Shown: positions 9,416 to 19,340 of the stretch, piece after piece | Numbering within the stretch: position 1 is the first letter of the stretch | How the letters are laid out: the number at the start of each line of letters is the position of its first letter | Source of the DNA: a virus | Lineage: Duplodnaviria > Caudoviricetes | Reading direction: 5' to 3' (one strand) | Length of the DNA stretch: 56,623 nucleotides | IMG/VR virus record: IMGVR_UViG_3300036851_000701 | Span: 1-56,623 of that record | Translations under genes and position numbers: made by a program | Notes under the pieces: generated by a model | What the model saw: only the letters and a program-made list of their open reading frames with translations | Told to the model about the DNA's origin: nothing | Databases searched by the model: none

Positions 9416-10513
9416 ATGCCGACGGTAGCCCAGGGCCAGACGGTCACGCTCGACGCCACCTACCAGCTCGGCACCGGCCAGCTGGTGGACCCGACGAACC
9501 CGAAGGTGTCGATCGTCGACCCGTTCGGGGCGACCGTCGTCGCGAACGCGGACCCGACGCGGCACCCGTCGGTCGGCCGGTTCGAGTACGACTACCCGGT
9601 GGCGGCGGCGGCGCCGCTCGGTTCGTGGACGGCACGCTGGACCGGCACGATCAACGGGACGCCGGTGCAGGGCGACGAGGTGTTCCAGGTCGTCGCGGCC
9701 GGCACGGTCGGCTTCTCGGCGACCGGAAGCCCGGCGGCGCCGTGCGAGCCGTGGGAGCCGATCTGGTGCGGCGACCTGCCGGCCGGGTCGGAGGCGGTCA
9801 CCGGGACCGCCGTGCAGGGCGCCACCGAGGTGCTGTGGGGGCTGTCGGGCCGCCAGTTCGGGCTGTGCGAGGTGACGGTGCGGCCGTGCAAGGAGCAGTG
9901 CGGTGAGGGCTGGCCGGCCTGGTCGCCGTACGGCTGGTACGGCTACCCGACGCCGGTGCTGTCGGCCGGCAAGTGGTACAACGTGACGTGCGGCGGCTGC
10001 GGCGGGCCGTGCTCGTGCACCCAGGTCGAATCGGTGCTGCTGCCCGGTCCGGTGCACTCGATCCTGGCGGTCGTCATCGACGGCGAGTCGCTGCCGGCGA
10101 CCGGCTACCGCGTCGACGACTGGCGGCGGCTCGTACGCCAGGATGGGGGTCGCTTCCCGCTGTGCCAGGACCTGTCGCTGCCGGCCGGGCAGCCGGGCAC
10201 GTGGACGGTGACGCTGCGCGTCGGGCAGCAGCCGCCGGTGCTCGGGCAGATGGCGGTCGGCGAGCTGGCCGAGCAGTTCGTGCGAGCGTGCCTGCCGGGG
10301 GTCGGCTGCGTGTTCCCCCGCCAGGTGCAGGAGATGGTGCGGCTCGGCGTCACGTTGCGGCTCGGCGACATCGCGGCGTACGTCGAGCAGGGCCTCACCG
10401 GGCTCGAACGGGTCGACTACTTCCTGCGCACCTACAACCCGTACCGGCTCGCGGAGGCGGCGAGCGTCTGGTCGCCGGACTTCCCGCCGCCGACGGTCAC
10501 CACGTGGCCGTGA
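9416..10513 (+). CDS. Head-to-tail adaptor with an extra N-terminal beta domain
   Basis: A.E.LW.LSGRQFG.C..TVRPC, L.GPV..I..V.IDG, L.R.DG..P.CQD and TG...VD..L...NP motifs typical of actinophage adaptors. Confidence 0.8.
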   Translation: MPTVAQGQTVTLDATYQLGTGQLVDPTNPKVSIVDPFGATVVANADPTRHPSVGRFEYDYPVAAAAPLGSWTARWTGTINGTPVQGDEVFQVVAAGTVGFSATGSPAAPCEPWEPIWCGDLPAGSEAVTGTAVQGATEVLWGLSGRQFGLCEVTVRPCKEQCGEGWPAWSPYGWYGYPTPVLSAGKWYNVTCGGCGGPCSCTQVESVLLPGPVHSILAVVIDGESLPATGYRVDDWRRLVRQDGGRFPLCQDLSLPAGQPGTWTVTLRVGQQPPVLGQMAVGELAEQFVRACLPGVGCVFPRQVQEMVRLGVTLRLGDIAAYVEQGLTGLERVDYFLRTYNPYRLAEAASVWSPDFPPPTVTTWP

Positions 10514-10514
10514 G

Positions 10515-11030
10515 ATGCCGGTAGACCCGCTTCTCCTGTACGCCTACGCGTCGGACGTGCTCGCGTGCGCCCGCGCCGAGGTGGCGGCCTCCGGCGGCGG
10601 TGTAGGCGACGGGATGCGGGTGTGCGTGACGCCGGCGCCGGTCGCCGAGGACGGCTGCTGCGACGGCCAGCTGTCGGCCGCCGTGGTGCGCGCCTACCGG
10701 TCGACGACCTTCCCGCTGCCGGAGGGCGGGGCGCAGCCGTGCGGGCACGCCGAGACGGTGATCGAGGTCCAGGTGGTGGTGCTGCGCTGCGCCCCGCTGG
10801 CGGCCGACGTGACGTCGCCGCCGCCGTGCGAGGGCGTCGGGTCGCTCGACGAGGCCGCCCGGCTCGTTCTGCGCGACGCGTACGCGGTGCGCCGGGCGAT
10901 CGAGTGCTGCCTGCCGATGCGGCACAGGGCGCTCGGCGAAACCCGCTTCATCCACGACGCCTGCGTCGGCTCCGACACCCGAGTGCTGATCGGCCTGGAG
11001 GACGGCTGCGCCTGCGGGGACGGCCCGTAG
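10515..11030 (+). CDS. Putative tail terminator / neck protein
   Basis: Position after the adaptor. D.CC.GQL, V.V.RC.P and CVG motifs are seen at this position in related phages. Confidence 0.6.
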   Translation: MPVDPLLLYAYASDVLACARAEVAASGGGVGDGMRVCVTPAPVAEDGCCDGQLSAAVVRAYRSTTFPLPEGGAQPCGHAETVIEVQVVVLRCAPLAADVTSPPPCEGVGSLDEAARLVLRDAYAVRRAIECCLPMRHRALGETRFIHDACVGSDTRVLIGLEDGCACGDGP

Positions 11031-11031
11031 C

Positions 11032-11406
11032 ATGACGGCCGTCATCGACCATGCCGCCGTCGCCGGGCTGTGGGACACGCCGGGCTCGCCGGTCGCCCGC
11101 GACCTGCTGCGCAAGGGCCTGCTCGTCGAATCACGCGGCAAGGAGCTGTGCCCCGTCGACCGCGGCCGGCTGCGGTCGTCGATCACGACCGAGCTGTCGT
11201 TCGACGGCGGGCTACCGGTCGTCACGATCAGAGCCCGCACGAACTACGCCATCTACGTGCACGAGGGGCGCGGCCCGATCGACGTGTCGCCGAGGGTCCT
11301 GCGCTTCCGACCGAAGGGGCAACTACAGTTCATCTACCGGCCCCGCGTCTCGGCGGCAGCCGGCCAGCCGTTCCTCCGCGACGCACTGCAAGCGGCGAGG
11401 GGGTGA
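11032..11406 (+). CDS. HK97 gp10-like neck/tail-completion protein
   Basis: CPVD.GRLRSSI, YA.YVHEG and QPFLRDAL motifs. Confidence 0.85.
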   Translation: MTAVIDHAAVAGLWDTPGSPVARDLLRKGLLVESRGKELCPVDRGRLRSSITTELSFDGGLPVVTIRARTNYAIYVHEGRGPIDVSPRVLRFRPKGQLQFIYRPRVSAAAGQPFLRDALQAARG

Positions 11407-11427
11407 ACCCGACGAGGAGGCCGCTAC

Positions 11428-11808
11428 ATGGCAGACAAGAAGCCGGCGAACGAGCCGGCCGACTTCGACTTCGGCAGCCGCGAGGTCGAGCAGCCGTTCA
11501 CGTTCAAGCTGAACGGCGAGACGTACCAGGCGGCGCGGACGCTGCCGGCCGGGATCACCGACGCCGTGCTGTCGATCCGGGGGCTGCCGCGCGGCGAGCA
11601 GGCCGACATGCTGCGCCGCATGCTCGACGCGTTCCTGCTGCCGGAGTCGGCGAAGCGGTTCATGGAGCGGTGCTGGGACCCGGAGAACCCGATCACCGAC
11701 GAGCAGCGACGGGCGGTGTTCGCCAAGCTGATGGAGCTGTACTCGAACCGCCCTACCGCACCTGCATCGCCCTCCTCGCCGAGGGTCGACGCAGGTTCCG
11801 CTACCTAG
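11428..11808 (+). CDS. Tail assembly chaperone (G)
   Basis: Strong RBS; F.F.L.GE.Y, F..R..D..NPI and ELYS.RPT motifs; lies upstream of the tape measure gene. Confidence 0.8.
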   Translation: MADKKPANEPADFDFGSREVEQPFTFKLNGETYQAARTLPAGITDAVLSIRGLPRGEQADMLRRMLDAFLLPESAKRFMERCWDPENPITDEQRRAVFAKLMELYSNRPTAPASPSSPRVDAGSAT

Positions 11809-12107
11809 ACGGCGTCGGCACGATCCACGGCGTCGACGTGCGCGACCTGCCGCTCGAACGCTGGCTGAACGTCGTGTACGCCGACGTGACCAAGCACATG
11901 TCGGGGGCGCAGCGCGCCGCGTTCGACGCCGCCCTGGAGGAAGAGCAGCCGACGGCGGCCAGCCGCGGCGACCTGCTGCGCGAGGCACGCCGCCGCCGCA
12001 CACTCTCGGCCGCACCGGTCGAGCCGGTCGACGTCGACGAGCAGGCGACCGTGATCGCCCTCGCCGCCGCCCGGGAGCTGGGCGTGGCCGTCGCGGAGCT
12101 GAACTGA
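11751..12107 (+). CDS. Tail assembly chaperone extension (T), -1 frame, expressed by frameshift
   Basis: Open -1 frame PYRTCIALL...LDG.....GVD..DLP..R.LN.VY. It has no good start of its own and ends just before the tape measure gene. Confidence 0.7.
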   Translation, partial: PYRTCIALLAEGRRRFRYLDGVGTIHGVDVRDLPLERWLNVVYADVTKHMSGAQRAAFDAALEEEQPTAASRGDLLREARRRRTLSAAPVEPVDVDEQATVIALAAARELGVAVAELN

Positions 12108-12108
12108 C

Positions 12109-15100
12109 GTGTCGTCGCAGGGCCAGGTCGGCGAGGCGTTCGTCCGCCTGGTGCTGGAGCCGGGCACCTTCGAGAGGGACCTCGACCGTGCCGTAGAGCA
12201 GGCGACCGCCGCGGTGCAGGCCGTCGTCGAGGTCCAGGCCGACGCCTCCGCGGTCGCCGAACAGGTCGAGGCCGCCGCCGCCGACGCCGCCCCGGTCGTC
12301 GAGGTAGACGCCGACGCGTCGGCGATACCGGCCGCCGTCGACGAGGCCGCCGCCCAGGCGCTGCCGATCGTCGACGTCGACGCGGACGTCGCTCCCGCGG
12401 AGGCGGCGCTCGCCCAACTGGAGGCGTCCGCTCCCGAGATCGAGGTCGAGGTCACGATCGACCCATCGACGGCGGCCGCGGACGTAGGGAATCTGTCGAC
12501 ACAGTTCGATCGGCTCGGCTCTGCCGCGGGCGCGGCCGGCGATGACCTCGACGTCGCCGGCAGGGCTACGTCCGGCCTGAACGTCGGTACCGGTCTCGCT
12601 CTCGGTTCTGTCGACGCCCTCGGCGACGTCGTAGGGAAGATGGGAGCGAAGGCGGCCGGCGCCGCCGGCGGGGTGATCGCCCTCGCCGGATTCACCCAGG
12701 AGTTGTTCACCAACGCGCTCGACGCCGAGGCGGCGACGTTCCGGTTCGAGCAGACACTCGGCGAAATGGCCGGCGCCGTCGAGCAGATCGACGTCGGCGG
12801 CCTGAACGAGTCGATCGGCGACCTGGCGCTGCGGCTCGGCTCCGGCGACGACGAGATCCGACAGGTCGTCGCCAGCTTCTTCGAGCTGGGCACCGCCTCC
12901 GGCCGCAGCGCCGGCCAGGTGGCCGAGTCGTCCGAGCAGCTCGTCGCCCTGGCGGCACGGGCGCGGGCGCTGAACCCGCAGCTCGGCTCGGTCGACCAGA
13001 TCGCCCAGTCGCTGCAGAGCAGCCTGGCCCGCGGCGGCCGCACCCTCGCCCAGTTCGGCATCTCACTCACGGCCGCCGAGATCGAGGCGAGGGCGCTCGC
13101 CGACACCGGCAAGGACACGAGCGACGAGCTGACCCAGTTCGACAAGGCGGCCGCCGGCGCCGCCATCGCCTCCGAGCGGCTGGGCGATAGCCTGGCGACC
13201 GACATCGCGAAGGGCGCCGAGAGCCCGGCGCTGGCGCTCGACAAGCTGACCACCCAGTTCTCAGAGTTCCTTGAAGGGATCGGCGCACCTCTAGTCGCCC
13301 CGATCCTCGACTTCCTCGAAGAACTGGAACCTATCGCCGAGGAGTTCGCCGGCACGCTCGGGGAGCTGCTCGAAGCGGTGGCGCCGCTCCTGCCGCCGCT
13401 CGGCACGTTCGCGCGGGTCTTCGTGCAGATCCACGCCGCCCCGATCAGGGCGGCCGCGGCGGCACTCGACTTCCTGGTCGGCGTCGTCACCGAGCTGGCC
13501 GACGCGTTCGGCTTCCTGCTCGACAAGACCGGCGTCATCGATCTCATCAGCAACGTCGCCGGCGCCGTCGGTGACGCCGCTGGCGCGGTCGGCGGGTTCT
13601 TCTCCGACATCGGCGGGGCGATCGGCGGCTTCTTCGACGACGGCGAAACCAAGATCGAACCGGTCCGGCAGATCTTCGACGACCTGGCCGGCACACTCAC
13701 GCTCACCACCGGCGAGGTGATCAAGTTCTCGGCAGCCGAGCAGGCCGCCGCCGAGGAGGCCGAGAGGCTGCACCGGCGGGTGCTCGACACCGACGTGGCG
13801 CTCGGCCGGCTGCGGCTCACGTCCCGCGACGTCGGCGACCTGCTCGGCGTCATCCGCGAGACCGGCGACGCCTCCACCGGGGCGCTCGAAGCGCTCGCGG
13901 TCGCCGCCGACGACGCCCAGCTAGCCCAGCAAGGCCTGCAGGACGTCGCCGACGTGCTCGGCGTCGACCTCGACGACCTCGAAGGGTTCATCTCCGACGT
14001 CACCGCCGCGATCGACGACCTGGCGTCACAGGCGACCGGCAGCCTGCCGTCGGCGTCGACCGCGATCGACGAGGTCGTCGAGGCGCTCGGCGGCATACCG
14101 GAGGCGCTCGACCCGCAGGCGGTGATCGACGCCCTGCAGCGGCAGATCGACGCCATCGCCGGGTTCCAGGCGAACCTGCAGCTGCTCGCCACGACCGTCG
14201 GCCCGAACCTGGCGGCGCTCGCCGCCGCTCAGGGGCCGCAGATCACCCAGGCGCTCGTCAACGGCATCACGCAGGGCGGCCCGGAGATCGCCGGCGCCCT
14301 GGAGGAGAGCCTCGGGGCGCTGCGGGCGCAGGGCGACGCGACGACCGACTTCATCAACGACGAGTTCTCGCCGCAGGTCGTCGAGGACCTCGGCGTCGTC
14401 GCCGACTCGATGTCGGAACGGTTCGAGGAGGGGTTCCAGATCGCGCCGACCGTCGAGCAGGAACTCGACGGGATCAGGACGTTCATCGAGCAGCACCCGC
14501 TGCCGTCGGCGTTCGAGGCGCTCGGCCTCGACATCACCGGCAGGTTCGGGGCCGCCACCGCGCCGATCGACCCGACGTTCCAGGCGCTGCTCGACGCGCT
14601 CGGCGTGCACGTCGAGAACGCCCCGCTGCCCGGCCAGGCCGACACCCTCGGCGGCGCCACCGCCGACGCGTTCGCCGGCGGGCTCGGCACCGTCGCCCCG
14701 GAGACCCAGGCGATCATCGACGGGCTCGGCCCGCTCGTCAACGGCGGGATCCCCGGCATGCAGGACGCCGGATTCAACCTCGGCGCCGGCATCGGCGACG
14801 GCATCGCCCAGTCGGCGTCGATCGTCGCCAGCCAGGTGCGCAGCGTCGTGCAGTCCGCGGAGTCGGCCGCCAAGGAGGCGGCCCACATCCGGTCGCCGTC
14901 GCAGCTGTTCGCCGACGAGATCGGCGTGCCGATCGCGCAGGGCATCGCCGAGGGCATCGACGCCGGCACGGCGACGATCGACCGCGCCCTGGCCGGCGCC
15001 CTCGCCGTCCCGAACGTGCCGGGCGCCGCCGGGACAGCCGGCGCCGGGATGGTCGTCAACCTGCAGGCGTCGGTGAACGTCAACGCCGCCGGGCTCGACG

Positions 15101-15207
15101 GCCGCGCCGCGTTCGACGCCGGCCGCGCCGTGCGCGACGGCCTGTTCGACGACCTGGAGGCGCAGCTCGACCGGCGGCTCGCCCGGTTCCTGGTGAGGGC
15201 GTCGTGA
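12109..15207 (+). CDS. Tape measure protein (1032 aa)
   Basis: Long Ala/Gly-rich helical ORF after the chaperones; N-terminal VGEAFVR and C-terminal I.SPS..F...IG..I..GIA.GI motifs. Confidence 0.92.
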   Translation: MSSQGQVGEAFVRLVLEPGTFERDLDRAVEQATAAVQAVVEVQADASAVAEQVEAAAADAAPVVEVDADASAIPAAVDEAAAQALPIVDVDADVAPAEAALAQLEASAPEIEVEVTIDPSTAAADVGNLSTQFDRLGSAAGAAGDDLDVAGRATSGLNVGTGLALGSVDALGDVVGKMGAKAAGAAGGVIALAGFTQELFTNALDAEAATFRFEQTLGEMAGAVEQIDVGGLNESIGDLALRLGSGDDEIRQVVASFFELGTASGRSAGQVAESSEQLVALAARARALNPQLGSVDQIAQSLQSSLARGGRTLAQFGISLTAAEIEARALADTGKDTSDELTQFDKAAAGAAIASERLGDSLATDIAKGAESPALALDKLTTQFSEFLEGIGAPLVAPILDFLEELEPIAEEFAGTLGELLEAVAPLLPPLGTFARVFVQIHAAPIRAAAAALDFLVGVVTELADAFGFLLDKTGVIDLISNVAGAVGDAAGAVGGFFSDIGGAIGGFFDDGETKIEPVRQIFDDLAGTLTLTTGEVIKFSAAEQAAAEEAERLHRRVLDTDVALGRLRLTSRDVGDLLGVIRETGDASTGALEALAVAADDAQLAQQGLQDVADVLGVDLDDLEGFISDVTAAIDDLASQATGSLPSASTAIDEVVEALGGIPEALDPQAVIDALQRQIDAIAGFQANLQLLATTVGPNLAALAAAQGPQITQALVNGITQGGPEIAGALEESLGALRAQGDATTDFINDEFSPQVVEDLGVVADSMSERFEEGFQIAPTVEQELDGIRTFIEQHPLPSAFEALGLDITGRFGAATAPIDPTFQALLDALGVHVENAPLPGQADTLGGATADAFAGGLGTVAPETQAIIDGLGPLVNGGIPGMQDAGFNLGAGIGDGIAQSASIVASQVRSVVQSAESAAKEAAHIRSPSQLFADEIGVPIAQGIAEGIDAGTATIDRALAGALAVPNVPGAAGTAGAGMVVNLQASVNVNAAGLDGRAAFDAGRAVRDGLFDDLEAQLDRRLARFLVRAS

Positions 15208-17645
15208 CGGCTTGGGACACCCAGCTGCCGGTGTCGCAGGGCCTGGAGTGGCACGCCATGCGCTCCGGGTTCGAGGCGCTCGACGGCGTCGGCGACTGCA
15301 TCGCGCAGACGTTCCGGTCCACCATCGCGGAGACGATCGCCCAGCTGAAGGTGTACGGGTCGTCGTCCGGCTCGGCGAACGGCGTGATCCTGGAGGTGTT
15401 CACGGCCGGCAGCGAGGTGGCGACCGGGCTGGCGACGACGCTGTTCGACCCGAACGGCCAGGCGAACGTCGGCGCCGGCGTGTTCTCGGCGTGCTCGCCG
15501 CACTACACGTGCCTGAACGGCGCCGGGATCGTGCACCTGCCGACCGGCAACTCGATCGACCTGGAGTACGGCACCGCCGGGGTCGCCGGCCGGGTCATCA
15601 ACCTCTCGGTGCAGGTCAAGATCCTCGGCACCGGCACCCTGTCGGTGTCCATGGTGCGGGTCTCCGACGGCGCGGTTAGGTCGCTCGGCGACTACCCCGG
15701 CTCCGGGATCCTGTGGTCCGGTCTCTCCGGCATCGACCCGCCGACGATCGTGATCCCGCTCGGCGAGATCAACCCGTTCACCGACCAGCCGTGGACCACC
15801 GCCGAGGTGCAGGGGTTCGATAACGCCACGTACCGGCTGCGGTTCCTGGCGACGACATCGGACCCGGCGATCGGCCTGAACCTGGCCCGCCTCAAGGTCG
15901 ACACCTGCACCGAGAACCGGCTCGTCCGCCGGCTGTTCGCCCCGGCGGCGGCGCCGACGTGGCACATCTGGGACGCCTACAAACCGGACGGCACCGCGCT
16001 GTGGGCGAAGGCCGCCAACGTCGACTACACGGTGGCGCTGCGCCACCCGCTCGGCGGGGTGATCACCTCAGGGGCGGTGTCGCGGTTCGCGCCGTTCTGG
16101 GCCGACTCGGCGGTGACGCCACCGCACGGCAAGAGCAGCTGGAAGCCGACCATCTCCGGGCTGCTCGCCAACGCCGCGGTGATCGTGTCGATGGGCTCGC
16201 CGCTGACCCGCGGCTACGCGGTGGCGCCGATCATCGTGACCAGCGGGAACGTGTCGAGGGACGGGCTGCCGTTCGCGAAGCTGGCAACGGTCGCGGTCGA
16301 CATCAACCAGCGCGCCCGGCAGGAGGTCACCGTCACCGGCGGGCCGGTCACCGTCGGGGCCATGTCGGTGATCTGCCGGCCGGAGCTGCCGCTATCGACG
16401 CCGCCGGTCGACCCGCTGCGGCTGGCGCTGCGCTCGGCCGTCGGCACCGGGCTGGCGGTCGCCGAGATCGGCGCCGTCGACTGGGCGAACGCCCCCGAGG
16501 AGGAGGCCGTCGTCGACGCCAACCCGAACGGCCTGCCGTGGAAGCGGGTCGTCGTACCGCTGAACACGACGGTGGCGCTCACCGACGCCACCCAGTACCG
16601 GCTGGAGGCGTCGAACTTCGCGCCGGTCGACGCCCCGTCGTGGGAGACGGCGTTCTTCTCGATCGAGGGGCTAACCAACAGCGGCGGGGCCGCCACCTAC
16701 ACCGGGGCCGCCGGCGGCGACGGCGCCACCGACCAGGGCTGGCTGCTGCTCGGCGCCTCCGAGATCCGGTCGACGTCCGACTACCCGTTCGAGGTGATGA
16801 CGCTCGCCCCGACGGTGACCGGGTTCACCGTCACCGAGGCGACGGCGCCGACGGCGGTGACCGGCACCGGGTTCTCGATCTGCGGCGAGGCGCCCGGCAC
16901 GGCAGCGATCCCGTACGCGCTGCTCGACTGGTCGCGCACCGCGCTCGGCTCCGACCCGGTGACCGGGTTCGCCTACTACGAGGTGCAGCGCCGCACCGCC
17001 TCCGACGACTGGCGGGTCGTCGGCCGGCTGTGCTGCGACCCGAACGGCGTCATCGACGAGAGCCGCACCGAGTGGCCCGACTACGAGGCGCCCCTCAACC
17101 GGCCGGTCACGTACCGGGTGCGGGTCGTGCGCAACGACGGCGGCATCGGCGGCTGGTCGGCGGAGAGGACCGTCACGCTGCGGGTCGACACCGACGTCGG
17201 CGTCGGCTACCAGACGTTCACGTCGAACCGCGACCCGACCCTGAACATGGCGTACATCGACGTGTACGCCGGCGACGAGGCGAACCGCGACTGGGAGTTT
17301 CTCGACGCCGCCCAGCACGCCTACGACGGCCTGTTCGGCGTCGACTACTGGGTGGACCTGCACGAGACGGAGCGCCGCGGCGTGCGGTTCACCCGCCGGC
17401 TGCTGTTGAACGCGGTCGCCGCCCCCGACGGCGAGCTGCGCGGCCTCAACCGGTTCCGCACGGTGCGCCGCCTGCAGGAGACGACCGTCCCGTACGTGTG
17501 CGTCCGTTCGAACGACGGCGACGTCGTCTACGGGTCGGTGGTCGTGCCGAACGGCCGCGAGCGGCAGCCGTCGCACCTGTACACGGCGACGGTGACGGTG
17601 ACGGAGACGACGGCGACGCCGACCGTCGAGACGGTGGCGCGGTGA
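15204..17645 (+). CDS. Minor tail protein (distal-tail-like)
   Basis: Follows the tape measure gene. D.EAP.N..V.YRV motif and an FN3-like segment near the C-terminus. Confidence 0.75.
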   Translation: MTAWDTQLPVSQGLEWHAMRSGFEALDGVGDCIAQTFRSTIAETIAQLKVYGSSSGSANGVILEVFTAGSEVATGLATTLFDPNGQANVGAGVFSACSPHYTCLNGAGIVHLPTGNSIDLEYGTAGVAGRVINLSVQVKILGTGTLSVSMVRVSDGAVRSLGDYPGSGILWSGLSGIDPPTIVIPLGEINPFTDQPWTTAEVQGFDNATYRLRFLATTSDPAIGLNLARLKVDTCTENRLVRRLFAPAAAPTWHIWDAYKPDGTALWAKAANVDYTVALRHPLGGVITSGAVSRFAPFWADSAVTPPHGKSSWKPTISGLLANAAVIVSMGSPLTRGYAVAPIIVTSGNVSRDGLPFAKLATVAVDINQRARQEVTVTGGPVTVGAMSVICRPELPLSTPPVDPLRLALRSAVGTGLAVAEIGAVDWANAPEEEAVVDANPNGLPWKRVVVPLNTTVALTDATQYRLEASNFAPVDAPSWETAFFSIEGLTNSGGAATYTGAAGGDGATDQGWLLLGASEIRSTSDYPFEVMTLAPTVTGFTVTEATAPTAVTGTGFSICGEAPGTAAIPYALLDWSRTALGSDPVTGFAYYEVQRRTASDDWRVVGRLCCDPNGVIDESRTEWPDYEAPLNRPVTYRVRVVRNDGGIGGWSAERTVTLRVDTDVGVGYQTFTSNRDPTLNMAYIDVYAGDEANRDWEFLDAAQHAYDGLFGVDYWVDLHETERRGVRFTRRLLLNAVAAPDGELRGLNRFRTVRRLQETTVPYVCVRSNDGDVVYGSVVVPNGRERQPSHLYTATVTVTETTATPTVETVAR

Positions 17646-18682
17646 CCGTCCTCGACCTGGAGGCGCCGCACCTGCCGCTCACCGTGCGGTTCCGGCTCGT
17701 CGACTCGCTCGGCAACCCGACGTCCGACGAGCTGCACCCGTCGGAGGAGCGGCCGCCGACGCTCACGAACGACACGGAGCGCACCCTGAAGCGCACCCTC
17801 ACCGGGCTGCTGCTGCCGCCCGCGGAGGCCGACGACCTCGACCCGCTCACGGCACGCGTGCAGCCGTACGTCTACGACGGTCAGGCGTCCTGGCCGCTCG
17901 GCGTGTTCCTGTTCGCCGACTACCCGCGGTCCCGCACCAGCGCCGGGCGGGCCGCGTCGGCGTCGCTCGTCGACCAGGGCCGCATCCTCGACCAGGACGT
18001 GACGACGGCGTTCAACGTCGCGCAGGGCGCCAACCTCGGCGGCGCCATCGCGGTGCTGCTCGACCGGTTCGGCATCTTCCGCCGGTCGATCGAGGGGACG
18101 AACACCGCCGCCGGGCAGGGCGGCCTGACGTGGCCGGCCGGCACGAAGGGCACCGTGATCGCCAACGAGCTGGCCCGCCAGTGCGGGTTCCTGCCGCTGT
18201 ACTGGGACAGCATCGGGATCGCCGTCGTGCGCACCGTGCCGGTGCCGGACGTGTCGACGCCGACGTTCGTGCTGCGCCGCAACGTCCGGGCGCGGACGGT
18301 GATCGAGGCGGACGTGCCGCTCGACGTGCCGAACACGTACGTGGTGATCGACAACGGCGTGACGGTCGCCCCGATCGTGGTCACCTACCGGGTGCCGGCG
18401 TCGGCGCCGCACAGCGTCAACAACCTCGGCTACGAGGTCACCCGCGTCATCCACGCCCAGGGGCTCGGCAGCACCGCCGCCGCGCTGCAGCTCGCCGCCG
18501 CCGCCGCCGACGAGGACATCCACGCCTACCAGCAGGTGAGCCTGCAGACGCCGCTCGACCCGCGGCACGACACGTTCGACGTCGTGCAGTGGGTCGGCAC
18601 CAACTACCTGGAGCGCCGCTGGACGGCGGTGCTGCACGCCCACGGCCCGATGCAGCACGACCTCGTGAGGATCTACCGGTGA
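17642..18682 (+). CDS. Minor tail protein (tail tip/hub-like, 346 aa)
   Basis: GTGA-coupled start; PLGVFL, D....L.Q and VPN..V motifs. Confidence 0.75.
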   Translation: MTVLDLEAPHLPLTVRFRLVDSLGNPTSDELHPSEERPPTLTNDTERTLKRTLTGLLLPPAEADDLDPLTARVQPYVYDGQASWPLGVFLFADYPRSRTSAGRAASASLVDQGRILDQDVTTAFNVAQGANLGGAIAVLLDRFGIFRRSIEGTNTAAGQGGLTWPAGTKGTVIANELARQCGFLPLYWDSIGIAVVRTVPVPDVSTPTFVLRRNVRARTVIEADVPLDVPNTYVVIDNGVTVAPIVVTYRVPASAPHSVNNLGYEVTRVIHAQGLGSTAAALQLAAAAADEDIHAYQQVSLQTPLDPRHDTFDVVQWVGTNYLERRWTAVLHAHGPMQHDLVRIYR

Positions 18683-19338
18683 GCGACCCGACCGCGCTCG
18701 CCGTCGCCGCCGCCGGCGGGGCCGTGCGCCGCGCCCGGTCGCTCGGCCAGCTCGCCGACCTGCCGCAGGGCACCGTCAAGTCGTACGACAACGCCACCGC
18801 GGTCGCGTTGGTCGTGATGGACGGCCCGGACATCGAGGCGATCCCGCTCGCCGTCGTGTGCGACACGCCGATCCCGGCCGGCGCCCGCGTGAAGTGCGCG
18901 CTCACCGAACCGCACGGCGGCGTCGTGCTCGGCGTCGTCGGCGGCTCCCCGCAGCACCTGCGCCACTCGACGGCCGGCGACGCGTCGCTCATCGGCACCG
19001 CTCTGACGGTGCGCGCCACCGTCGACGGCCCGACGTTCGACGGCGCGAAGGTCAGCGTCTCGTACTGGGGGGACGCGTCGGTGACCTGGACGAACGACGA
19101 CATCCTGTCGACGTTCTCGGAGGTGTCGCTCGACGACGGCGCCACCTGGCTCAACTCGCGGCAGCACATCAACCGCGGCACGACCGGCGTCGACAACTCC
19201 GACACCCACTCGTTCGGGTCGTTCGCCGAGGGGTCCGCCACCAAGGTCAAGGCCCGCCTGTCGACGACCACCACCGTGGGCGGCCGGGTGAGCCTGAGCA
19301 ACTTCATCCACCACCTGCTCGTCGTACCGGGGGTCTGA
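18679..19338 (+). CDS. Minor tail protein (219 aa)
   Basis: GTGA-coupled start; N-terminal GTV....V.MDG....P....P.G.RV pattern of tail-tip proteins. Confidence 0.65.
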   Translation: MSDPTALAVAAAGGAVRRARSLGQLADLPQGTVKSYDNATAVALVVMDGPDIEAIPLAVVCDTPIPAGARVKCALTEPHGGVVLGVVGGSPQHLRHSTAGDASLIGTALTVRATVDGPTFDGAKVSVSYWGDASVTWTNDDILSTFSEVSLDDGATWLNSRQHINRGTTGVDNSDTHSFGSFAEGSATKVKARLSTTTTVGGRVSLSNFIHHLLVVPGV

Positions 19339-19340
19339 CC

